A stretch of 64,000 nucleotides of DNA from Chrysomallon squamiferum (taxonomy: Eukaryota; Animalia; Mollusca): contig CM022668.1 of NCBI GenBank assembly GCA_012295275.1, positions 9,114,001 through 9,178,000 of the forward strand. The letters are read 5' to 3'. The notes beneath the pieces are model-generated. The model searched no databases and was not told the DNA's origin. It worked only from the letters and a program-made list of their open reading frames with translations. Of this stretch, positions 1-12,841 are shown one piece after another. Position numbers and translations under genes: made by a program. Position 1 is the stretch's first letter. Each line of letters opens with the position of its first letter.

Positions 1-79
1 AAACTGAAAGTAATAAATATGTTATACACTAGTACAGGCATTGTAGATGTTGTTGTTGTAGTTGTTGGTGTTGCTGATG

Positions 80-158
80 GTGGTGGTGGTAGTGATGGTG
101 GTGGTGGTAGTGATGGTGGTGCTGGTAGTGATGGTGGTGCTGGTAGTGATGGTGGTGT
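80..158. repeat. GGT-based 18-bp minisatellite
   Basis: Repeated GGTAGTGATGGTGGTG(G/C)T units. Confidence 0.8.
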
Positions 159-2854
159 TACAGAGGTAAAGAATGTAATAATATTTAAGAACAGCATTAA
201 AAATAAAGCATAAGTAATAAATAAATTAAACATGAGTACATGTTGTTGATGTTGTTGATGCTGTTGATGCTGCTGCTGCTGCCGCTGTAGTAGTTGTTGT
301 TGTTAGTCACGGTGGTGTAGTGGGTCTGAACACAAATTTAGCATACATGATGAAAAAAAAAAAATTAAAAAAATCAGAGAATCAACTTACACTGTTTAAA
401 TTTTTGATGATGATGTCGACATTTTGCTTGCTTACTTTAGTTGTTTTTATTTCTCTGTTTTCTACAGATGCTCTCTCACATATACTCAGTGATGTTGTTT
501 ACATGACTCAAAACTCACTGAGTTTTAATAATCGACAGATAAATGAGCAGGCTTTTGTTGAAATTAAAGGCCTCAGGAATGTGTGACCATTTACCACTAG
601 AGGCACCTAAAGTAAGAATGTATGTTTTGATCTGTAAGATGCAGTCACATCTCAGTTTTGAAAAGAAATGTTTACTTGATACTAATTGTTGCCAAATAAC
701 AGAGCTCTTTTTATTAAAAAGAATAAAAAATTTAGCATGAAATATTTTCAATTACAAAAATATTATTAACAAATTGCAGTAGCATTTAAAATGTTATATT
801 CATTATGAACTAATAAAATGAATGAATAATTAAACAAATAAAAAAATGAATAAATAAATTAGTAAATAAATAAGTATAATAAATAAGTAAACAAAATAAA
901 ATAATATAAAATAAAATAAAATAAAATAAAATAAAATAAAATAAAATAAAATAAAATAAAATAAAATAGAGTAAAATAAAAGCAAGCAAGCTGGAAAATG
1001 AATAAAATTTCTGTAAATAGTTTTACAGTGTCACACAATGAAAATAAATTTTCAAATGCTGCTACAGTTTGTCAATACTGTGTTGATTTTTGAAAATATT
1101 TCATAATAAAACTCTCCAGTAATGTTGTAAGTTAAATGTCAGCATCTACCATATAGTTTATCAATTTGTTTTCATTTACACAAAATTGCACACAGTGGTT
1201 AGCTGTAATGATTTTGTTTTTTATGATGCAAGACTGCAGTACAGAATTTAAAACAGATTCTGATTTTAGTGCAAAAAGTTAAGTTTGGGTTTTTACATTT
1301 TTTAAAATTTTGTTTTGTTTTATTTTATTTTTTGAATGGGGGTTAACTTCAGTATTTTGTGTTTTACTGATGTTAAATTAAATTGTTAAATTTAAATTGT
1401 TTTTATGCAACAGTAAAATGTTATCTGGAGGTTTTTAAAAATTTTATTTGTGTTAATATCATTGTCATTGTTGTTATTGTTGTTGTTATTATTATTGTTA
1501 TTATTATTGTTATTATCATTGTTATTATTATTGTTATTATTATTGTTATTATCATTGTTATTATTATTGTTGTTATTGCTATTGTTATTGTTATTATTAT
1601 TATCATTGTTGTCATCATTATTAACAATACTACTACTTCTGTTGTTGTTGTTGTTGTTGTAGCTGTTGCTGTTGCTGGTATTATAATCATTAACATTTAC
1701 CTAATTTTTCAAAAGAAAATGAAAAACAACAAAAAATCTTTAGCTATCCCTTCCCCTAATCTTAAACCACCCCACCGGTCCTTCCTACTTCCTACTTCCA
1801 ACCTAACCTTTACAAAACATAAAGTAATAACATTTTTTTATTATTATTTACTATTAAACAACACTGACAGTATGTCTTTTCTTAAAGAGTGAATGAAAAC
1901 TCACAACATAATTAATATCCAGTTTATTTTGTAGAAATTATTTTTTTCTTTTTTCTTTTTCTTTAATTCTCCATGATGAACATAAAAGAATTTTTTTTAT
2001 ACATCCCTTTCATCTTGCTAACACAATAGGAAATGCAGATTAATCTTTGGGGTTTTGAGATATTGGAGAAAAAGACAAAAAGAAACATCCATTATGAAGT
2101 AAATGTGTATTTAGTTTATTACAAGGTGCAGATCAAAAGAAGATTGACAAGGTTTGCATGTCTCCCCTTTTCAAAATAAACTGAAAGTTTTAAGATCATT
2201 ATAAATTGTTTTGTGTGTACTGCACAATATTCTGTTTGTTTCTGTAACATATGCATTCATCTATTGCATACGTATGTATTAAAATATTATGTATGTATAG
2301 ATGTGTGTGTGTGTGGTGTGTGTATGTCAGTGTGTGTGTATATATATGTGTGTGTGTGTGTGTGTATGTTTTGTTTATGTATGTGTTTATACACTCACAA
2401 TGTACATAAATTATAGATGTATAAAACTCAGAGGAAAACATATGTAAATCTTTTGTACTTGTGTACATTACATAAATTATCTATATACAAGTTAAATCTT
2501 GTGATATTCATAAATTTCTCTCTGTAAAAACAAATATTTTCTGGATCAGCACCTGAGTATTAAGATAAGTAATAAAATACTTCCATACAAGGATTAATGT
2601 GAAAGAATTCTTTTTAGAGCTTGTTTGATAGAATCTTTATCATGTAAAATAATAATAATTGTGATGTGCATTGTGTGTGTTTTGTGTGTGTAAAGATTAA
2701 TGGGTGGATTTTATGGAGGTGTGTATATTTGTATGCTGTGTCTGTGTTTTTTGTATGTGTTTGTGTGTTGTGTGTATATAGTTTACTAGGTTGGATATGA
2801 TAGATGTGACTGAATGTATTTATTTATTTATTTTGTCTACATATTTCTGAATGA

Positions 2855-2918
<64 letters not shown>

Positions 2919-3297
2919 TTAAATTAAAAATTATAAAAAAAAAAAAAAATTAAATTTTACTGAACTAATGGAGAAGAAAGTCATTTTTAAACTATGCAAT
3001 CAAAAAAAAAATTAAATTAAAAATTTTAAAAAAATGTGTGGTTCAATATAAAGGAAAAGAAATTTTAAAAAAAAAAGTGGAAATAAAGAAGAAACTGAAG
3101 TTCAAGATAAAAGGTGTGGCACTAATGCAATGACTACAAGTATGACTCTTATCTTTCTAACATGCATGTTTGCACAGTCATGAGTGACCACATATCCATA
3201 GAAAGATATATAGATTAAAAAAAAAAAAAATAAAATATCATCAAGTAATTTTTTGTTCATTATTATTATTATTATTATTATTATGATTATGATTATG

Positions 3298-3336
<39 letters not shown>

Positions 3337-3637
3337 TTATTATTTAATTCAGGGTTCATGAATATTAATATAATGAGTTTTAATGAGATATAGACACATT
3401 CATTCCAACAACATGATTTTTATTACCACAGATCATGTTTTGTTAGTAGGCTGCATACACTGGGGTTCATGTGAGTGTGTGTGTGTGTGTGTGGGGTGTG
3501 TGGATGTATGAATGTATGAGAGAGAGAGAGAGAAGGACAGAATTAAATATAGAGACATAGAGAGACGAAGAGAGAGACAGAGAGAGAGAGAGAGAGAGTG
3601 AGAAATATGAGAAATAATCATAACGTTAAAGAGATAC

Positions 3638-3679
<42 letters not shown>

Positions 3680-5295
3680 AAAAGTATAAAACAAAAGACA
3701 AATATTTAAAAAAAAAAAAAAAAAAAAATAATAATCTACACTTAGATTTGAAACCATTTCACTACCGACAACATGTACAAGGTGGACGTCATTGATTTTC
3801 GGCACAACGGAGATGATGATGATGATGATGATATGCATACATTGTGGACCAAGTCGCAAATAGCGAGTCTTAGTTTGTACATTGTGTATTCATAACTTGG
3901 CCAAGTTGGTAATCACAAAGGATGACTGAGACATCACCTATTGATTTCTCTGTTTACGGCTTATAGTCGAACGTGCTGAAAAACAAACATCTGTCTGGTA
4001 CTAGGGTAGGAAAGAAAATCAGAAACAGCAAGAGAATTGATAATCATAATAAAAAAATAATAATATTTACATGAGAAAGTACAAAGGTGGTTGATAACGA
4101 AACGTCGTGGTATGTAATGCAGTGTTGATGATTTTTTTTTATTATTATTATCAATTCCAAGTTTCTTGCTCCCTCTCAGTGGTTCAGTATTAAAGATAGG
4201 TGGTGAAAGTTTAAAAAGGGATTTTCAGCTGAAATTATCTCATGGTTAATTAATTATCTGTAGATATGTAGCTTAATTTGTGCATGTACACATTTTTGTA
4301 CATAAATACATACACACATTACATTTAAATATGCAGAGACAGAATCACACACACACACACACACACACACATTTGCCTACAAAATTAAGGTTACCAGTTA
4401 TACAGAATATTTTCCTTAGTCCTGCTCTCAAAAATAATAAAACAGAAATGTTTGGACCACACAGAATAAGTCTCTGATGAAAATAATAATGTATAACTTA
4501 GAAAAAAAAAACTGACACTTTTTGACATTTCTTAATACCTAATAATAATAATAATATAATTACTGATGTTGTTATTATTAACCTGTGTTCATTAATTTCA
4601 GTATTCACCCAAGCACTGACAGATAACCATTTTATCTCACAGCCTCAAGACAAAATACCATTACCACTGTACTGACCAACACGGCTGCATGAACTACAAC
4701 TACGACAACAGCCTCGAGGCTGGTTATATCAGAAATGAAGATGGAACAGATTCGATCAACTGTGACGTGTCAGGAAGTACAATAGAGAAATTTGTGCCGG
4801 TCATGCTTGAGCGAGCAGAGTGTGGAAGATATGTGTTATTAACCCAAAGCTGCTGGCAGTTTGACTTTCAGGTTCTCTCTCGTCAAAGGTATTTTTATTG
4901 TCCATGTCCAGGCTTTTTATTTGTAAATAATACAATGGTTGTTGAAATAACTCATAAAAATGCATGTAGAGGGGGAAAAAAAAAATGAAAAAGAAAAAAA
5001 AAAAAAAAAAAAAGAAAAGAAGTTTTACTGTTAATAATGTACTCAAAATATTTGTAATCTGCGTTAGTCATGTTTTTAAGAAATATTCACACGACGAGAG
5101 AAGAAACCTGCCAACAAGTTACTCTTTTATTTCAAATAGCATCAAGGGACCTTTTATGCACTTCCCAACAGATAACAGAATATATCTGGGTTATGAAGTA
5201 ACAAGGGAGCCCTAACTAGAATGGGAAATATCCCAGTATATGAACTGGCATGAATGGATCCTGCTGTCAGCTATGCCTTCAAGCTAATGGAGAAC

Positions 5296-5333
<38 letters not shown>

Positions 5334-6647
5334 ATAAATGTGTGTGTGTGTGTCTTTGTGTCTATGCATATGAAAGTATGTACATTGTATAAACATCTGT
5401 ATATACTTGTATGCTTGTTCGACAGAGGGTCATGACCTTTCTGGTAACTGCAGTTTAATCACAAGTTCCCGGTTATTTAAAAATTACAATTCTGTCTGGC
5501 CAGGACAGTAAATCACAAATTATAGTTCCATAATATACGTGAATTAAACTGAATGCCTCGTCCAAAATGAAAGTCAGTTACTGGTACTGAACAATTCATC
5601 AGAAATGAAAATAATGGAAAAGGTGAAAAAAAACTATATAGAGTTTTTCTTTTTCTTTATGTGAATTTGAGACACGATATCCAGATAGTAACATTTATAC
5701 AAGTATTATTGAATGGTTCTGACTTGTAAACAAGAAGCAGAAATTTTGTTCTGTTTGTGTCTCTTTAAAATATATGTGTATTAATTATATGTATACTATA
5801 CAAAACGTCTTCTATCAAAAAGCTATCAATTGCAAAGTATACATGGATTCCCACGCTGCAGAAATCACCCTTTGCATACAAACAGGTCGTTTCAGATCAA
5901 TGTGTACAGAAAGCAACTGAATAAAATATTTTTACCTGTAGAGAGACGTAAGCATAGAACTTATATGAGTTTATAATATATGGAGTTTGTTAGAGAGGTA
6001 TGAATATGTGTACAGTAAAGTGCATAAATATTGCTCAAGTACATACTATGATTTAGTATTCTACATGCAGTAGTGTCATATTATGTAATATTGTACACAC
6101 AACAGTACCATACTGAGCCTAGGTTCTGAGATTAGTATATTTAGTACTCATTGTACTTTGCATTGTGAACAGTGAACAGACCATTGTATAATATTGTACG
6201 GAATAAGCATCATGTAGCTAAAATTGTATACATCATGGGTGCCATATTGTATGATATTTAGTGTCATAATTGTATACATCATGGGTGCCATGTTGTATAA
6301 TATTTAGTGTCATAAATGAAACTGTTTAACAACTGCCCAAATTTTGAAAATACAGTGAAATAAAAAATATATACTTCAGGTAAAGTGTATAATATAGAAG
6401 GTACCTCACTTTGCAGGCAATACCAGCAACAATGTGAATGTATTGTCAATATGTTATATATCATTATCATAGTAAAAATGCAGGTACCTGTAGGTAAAAA
6501 TCAATAATAAGTACATACATCTGTGAAACTACAGGTAATGTTAGTAAACTGTGTGCTCGTGTTAACTTCCAGGAAAATCCCAGATAAAACTGAGATAAGA
6601 GAAATAAAAAATATTTTATTATGTGAATGTATAAACATGTGTATATG

Positions 6648-6693
<46 letters not shown>

Positions 6694-6768
6694 TGTGTGT
6701 GTATGTATGACTGTATGTATGTATGTGTGTGTTTGTGTGTGTGTACATATGTTTTTTATGTACTTATG

Positions 6769-6826
<58 letters not shown>

Positions 6827-7679
6827 GAGAGAGAGAGAGAGCACTAGATAGATATAAATCTGTACATATGTCTATGTGTGTATATTTATCTACGTCTGTA
6901 TATGGGTTCATATACACGTGTGTATGTTTCTATATGTTGGTATATACACACACACACACATACATACATGCAGTCTGTAAACTAATCCCACATACAATGT
7001 TGTAGTAGTTGTAGTAGCTGCAGACAGGTATTCTCCACATGATTAGAAATTTACACTTTAGTCTTTCTAATTATCACCATACAGAAATATGAAGTAATGA
7101 GCTAGAAGTGTTAAATAAACAGGTATTTATTAACCAGGTTGATATTACAGTATCTAACATTACACTGTGGCATATTCATCTTAGTTTACATCTCCAAGTG
7201 TCTTTCATAATCACTGGCAAAATGGATATACCTGTTGTTGTTATTCGAGACAAAAATGTTTGCGTGTTAATATTATTATCTCTGATAAAATTTGTACTTG
7301 TCAATATTATTATTATTATTAGCGGTGAAAATATTTAATTATTATGTTATTATGATTATTATTATTATTTTTAGTGGTGGTGGTAAAGTTTGTACTTGTT
7401 AGTATTAGTGATACATTTTTTTTGTGTGAATAGTAGTTTTAGTGTTAAAAACATCTACATTTGGGTTGTTACAAGCAATAAAATCTTCACCTAGAATTAT
7501 CATAATAAAGATAAATCTTACCTGTTGACATTACATATAAAAGGTTTATGTTAATATTATCAATGGTATAAAAAAAAACAAGATCTACCTTTGATTATTA
7601 CAGGTAATAAAATCCTCACCTATTGATATCAGTGTAAATGTATGTCTGTCATAGGTCAAAGAACATTTAACAATGGAAA

Positions 7680-7900
7680 TTAGAGGTAATAGATGTGCAG
7701 GTACATGTTAATGTTATAGGTAAAAATGATCTACCTGTGGATATTAAAGGTAATAAATAAAAAATCTGCTGATTGATGTGTAGGTAGATATTAATGTTAT
7801 AGGTAAAAATGATCTACCTGTGGATATTAAAGGTAATAAATAAAAAATCTTTAAAATGTGCAGGTAGATGTTAATGATATAGGTAAAAATGATCTTGTAA
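7680..7900. repeat. ~83-bp tandem repeat (about 3 copies) containing CAGGTA/TACCTG
   Basis: Repeated ATGTGCAGGTA..TTAATGTTATAGGTAAAAATGATCTACCTGTGGATATTAAAGG. Confidence 0.8.
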
Positions 7901-9984
7901 ATATTTTAGATAAAAAAAAAGAAGTAAGTCTACCTGATGTTTTAAAAAAAAAAAAAAAGAAGATACAACTATCTTCAGGTTATTTATGTCAAGAAAGTGT
8001 AAAATAAAAAAAAAAAAATGTAAATCAATTTTATTAACTTGTTAGGTGAAGTATTGCAATAAATACACAGTACAATAGTGCCTGGTTATCTATCATGATA
8101 ACTACCGACCAAGTGTACAATAAGCATGTGTTGAAACAGTCTCAGATCAGTATCAGAACAATGACAAGGTATGAATGACACTAAGCTTTGGTTATGCATG
8201 AAAACCATTATCAAATATGAATGGTGAAATCAGATAACAATTAAAAAAAAAAAAAAATTTAAACACACACACACAGATTCACACTACTAATACTACTTTA
8301 AAATGAATATAAAAAAAAAAAAGCAAAGATGTGGGAGTGTTTTGCACCCATTTTACCTGACTCACTTACCTGAACTAATTACAAATTACTTACTTACTTA
8401 TTTCAGTTTACTGTCTTATGTCCACCTGTCAATTTTTTTTTTTTTTTTTAATTATCTTAGAAGAAACACACAGGTATTTGAAAGCTAATTTTTGTTTGTT
8501 TAATCATCAAAGAAAAAAAGAGGAATTTTTTTTGTTGGCCAGTTAGATTAACGACTTTGAAATAAAACACATTAGCTGCTATTAATATGCAAATTACCAC
8601 AGTGGATCTGATAATTTAAACAATGTGAACGTTAGAAATTAATAACTTTTTATTAAATTACATTAAACACTTTCAGTCATTATAATTCCAACGCAAATGC
8701 ATTGATAACACTAACAAAAACTTTACATTATATTAACTATATAACAACAGTAATACTAATGACTTAACATTAATGACATCAATTACATCAGTAATTAATT
8801 GCACACTAATATCTTCATGTTAACCATATAATATTAGCAGTATGTTTAAAAACATCACATTAATAACTTCACTTTAGTCACATCACGTTAGTCGCAGTTG
8901 TAACTTCACATCAACCGAAACGAAACAAATAACTTTATATTAATTCTGACAGCTGCACCGACAGTGAACATGTTTTGTAAACACGTGTAAACAATGTGTA
9001 AACGCAGGTAAACTACCTGTGTCACAGAGAAAACATGGAAAGTCGTTAATGAATAGTCCCCGTGGTGACAACTCTGCTGGTCATTTGACAAAAGCACTCA
9101 GGTCTGCAGGTATAATAGAAACTCTTCTGAACCTCACCTGAGGGATAATGGACAGGTGAATCAATCTCTTTTCACAGGTGAAAATATTTTCAAAACAGCT
9201 TTTTAGTGCTCGACACACCTGAATTATTACCTGAACTAATGTGAGAGAGTATTTTAATAAATAAAAATGAAAAAAAAAAAAAGAAGAAAAAAAAAGATGG
9301 AAGAACATTATCCATTATTGCCATTAGTGTTGTGGTTATTAATATGATCATTATTTTTCCATGGATTAATTTAAATTTGTTTTTTCTTTATTAATGACTA
9401 AAAAGAAAACAGAGTATTGCTAATTCTTTAACAAATACGTGTTTTTAAGTATAACAAAGTATTGTAAAGTAATACTTTTTTAAAACTATAAAAGTAATAC
9501 TGTGGCGTCATATTTTTAAGAATTACAAAGTAATATTATAGTGTGTTATATTTTAAAATATTACAAAGTTGCACATATGTTAAAAAGCTACAAGGTAATA
9601 CTCCAGTATCATATTTTAGAATTTAAGCAATATTACAGTTTTAAAAAGTGATAACATATATTCCAAAGAGCTATAGATAGTATCACACTGAGTTACATTT
9701 TAAAAACTACAAAGTAATAATATAATGTCATACATTTTAAATCACTACAAAGTAACATTACAATGTCGTATAACCAGTACATAAAATATTACAGCATAAT
9801 AGATTTTAATGTGCCAGATAAAAACAACATAGAAAATGACAGACAGGACCAAATATAACTCTAGTAAATCTTTACTTTGACAAGGTTAAACATAAAATAA
9901 AATAAAAACAGGTTAAAAATACCTGTCATTTATCAAAGCTATCTCGATATATAACGAAACATTACCATAATATTTATGATACAA

Positions 9985-10205
9985 ACCCAGAAAATAACCT
10001 GTACTTTTATTCCAAAATATTACCTTAAAAAATAACCTGTACTTATATACCAAAATATTGCCTTAAAAAATAACGTTCTTGTATACTAAAATATTACCTT
10101 TAAAAATAATCTGTACTTGTATACCAAAATATTACCTAAAAGAATAACCTGTACTTGTATACCAAAATATTACCTAAAAAATAATCTGTACTTGTATACT
10201 AAAAA
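9985..10205. repeat. ~37-bp minisatellite
   Basis: Repeated AAATAACCTGTACTTGTATACCAAAATATTACCT. Confidence 0.85.
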
Positions 10206-12603
10206 AAAACAGTAGGATTTTAAATTGATTAATCCCATTCATTGTTTTTAATATCTTTTTATATATTATTTTTTTAAAAACTTTGTAACATGTGCATGTG
10301 TGACAAAAAAGAACCCACTAAATTTATATTAACTGAAAACAACTGTAGCTAACTATCTAGAATACAACTTTATATATGTACATATTTCAACTTTACTTTA
10401 CAGTTTTCTGGAATGTTATTTGTAACTGTAGACTGTAATTTGTGACCAGACTTCCTACTGAAATCAGACTTTGGCTGCCAGGAATCCTCATGTGCCAAGA
10501 AAATGCAACAGGAATATTTTTTCTTGTTTAATGTTGGGCAATATTATTACACTGATATAAAATATTATTATGCTGATGTACAATATTGTAAGACAGATAT
10601 ACAAAGTATTAACATATGCTAATATAAAATATTATACTACTGACACTGCTAATATGCTGATGCACATATTTATTGTGCAGCTGTGTCATATTATATCGAT
10701 GTGCAATAATATACTGATGTACAGTTTTAATCCTATGGTGTACAATGCGCAATACCATGCTAGTGCTCAGTATTATTATGTTATGCAACATCTTTATACA
10801 GTATAATACAAATATCTACTATGTACTGATATATAATACACTGTATAATGATTATCAATATTCTATGACATTTATGTAATATTTTAGCTATTATACTGTT
10901 TTGCAGTATCTTACTGTGTCAGCAATATATAATCTCTCATAAAGACAGACACACAGTTGGTGGAAAGAGAAACAGACTGATGGACATATTGACAGAGAGA
11001 CATGTACAGAGATGGGTAGATGGACAAATGGATTAATGGAAGGAAAGATATACTGACAGACAGACAGGTAATTAAAACAGTCAACATTGTTTTATAATAT
11101 GTATTACTATACTGTTTATATTACTGTAATATATTAGACAATTATGCAATATTATCATGAGAAACAAATGTATAATGTTGTATAAACTATGTTGTTACAA
11201 TGTGTTATAACTGATGTAATGTTACATGTATAACATACAATTTAAGTAATTACATAATTTAATGTGTTACACTCTAAACAAGAAACACAATGTAAATACA
11301 GTTGTAATGATAACAATGTATATAATGTATTGTTCTGTAACTGACAACCACATATATAATGTATTTTACTGTAAAAATGTATAATGTATTATATTATTGA
11401 ATGATGATCATATATTGTATGTAATATTTTATGGTAACCAGTATATAATATATTATACTTTATTCATGACAGTCACATATATAATGTATTATACTGTTGA
11501 AATAACAACCACATGCATAATATATTATTGTAATGACAACCATATGTGTGTACATATGTGTGTGTGTGTGTGTGTGTATAAACTATTATACCATACTGAA
11601 ATAACAGCCATTTAGACTAGTTTATGTCAACCACATATTGACAAGATCATTAACATCTGAATATATAATGAACAAAACTACATATATTTTAGTTATAACA
11701 CCTCCAGTGTATTTGTTATAATAAATAAATAATACAATACAATGTTGTCCTGACTACGTTACTTTTCCAATATCTACATTACAAAGTATTATACTGTTCC
11801 AACAACTATATTACATTGTATTATTCTGTTATAATGACATCACAAAATACTGATGCCCTGTAATGTCGTCATTGTCATGTACTACACTGTTACAGTATTT
11901 TAAAATGTTACATTGTTGTAATGACTTCTAAGCAGTGACACGAATGTATTACAGTATTATTATAGTATAAAAATATGTACAAAGTAGTACATTTATATCT
12001 ATGTACATATATGTATTACACTAGAGATGAAACCAGATTTAAAGATTTTGCCACAGTTAAAACTGGGTGTCAGTTAAGTCTGTGCTTGTACTGCAACACA
12101 AATTGAATACCAAACGATGTGTCATACATTTACTTTATAAACATGTTGCACTTTACTTCCGTTTTTGAGTTGTTAGATCAACGCTATTCATAATTCAGGA
12201 TGTGAAAAGTGAGTACAGAACCTCACGATTATTATAAATATTATTAAGACGTCATTAACTTGCTGGTTTGTATTATTAACAGCACGCCGTAACTACACTT
12301 TAATTAACAGTGTAATACGGCGGATAATTAACAGGTCCGTGTGTAATAAGTATGTAAACGAAGGCTCGTCTCGTCTCGACTTTACCAAACTGCTGTGACA
12401 GAGTGAGACTGACACATCGGCCTTTTTCATGTTGACAGTTCGAGGCAACTTTAAACTATTACCGGCTCTGTCGCGCTGGCGCTGTTAAATCTGACGGCCT
12501 GCTTTCTACGTAGTCTCGTTTCGGTTTAATAATATAAATAAGTAAATAAGTAAGTAAATAAATAAAGTTATGAATGAGATTTAAGGAGAATCGTGCCGCT
12601 TAC

Positions 12604-12705
12604 CTGCTGCCACCGATCCTCCAGTGAAGGCTGGGCAGAGAAGTAGCCGGTTTCGTGAACAACTTGCAGCTCGCGGAAAATGTTGCCGCTGGGAAGCACG
12701 TCCAT
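12604..12705 (-). CDS. KLF6/7: Kruppel-like factor 6/7 (luna-like), first coding exon; remaining exons lie beyond the left edge
   Basis: Encodes [34 protein letters not shown], the diagnostic acidic N-terminus of KLF6/KLF7/luna. It ends at CAG|GTAAGC (phase 0). In-frame upstream ATGs at 12741 and 12768 could extend the N-terminus. Confidence 0.92.
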
Positions 12706-12796
12706 CGCGGCCGTCTGTCCCTGACTCGCGCACGAGCCCATCTCGCCGGTCCGTCCGCACGACGACATCGTCGTCTTCGTCTTCGCGCGCGTCTTA

Positions 12797-12841
12797 TTAG
12801 TCTGACAGCCTCGGAGAAGAAGAACCGTCCATGTCCACCAT
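12797..12841 (-). other. Candidate uORF ([14 protein letters not shown]) in the KLF 5' leader
   Basis: ATG at 12841 and in-frame ATG at 12832, TAA at 12797-12799. Preceded by an ATG-TAA start-stop at 12852-12857. The TSS is not known. Confidence 0.45.

Noticed and set aside
19-213. Gly/Ser/Asp repeat ORF as a possible KLF exon or structural protein
   Set aside because: It is a GGT-based microsatellite with no KLF similarity on either strand. No zinc-finger exons were found in 1-12600.
1383-1892. Hydrophobic poly-I/V/L ORFs (also 13607-13873, 22792-23162, 51094-51736 and others)
   Set aside because: Simple-sequence repeat artefacts with no domain or codon structure.
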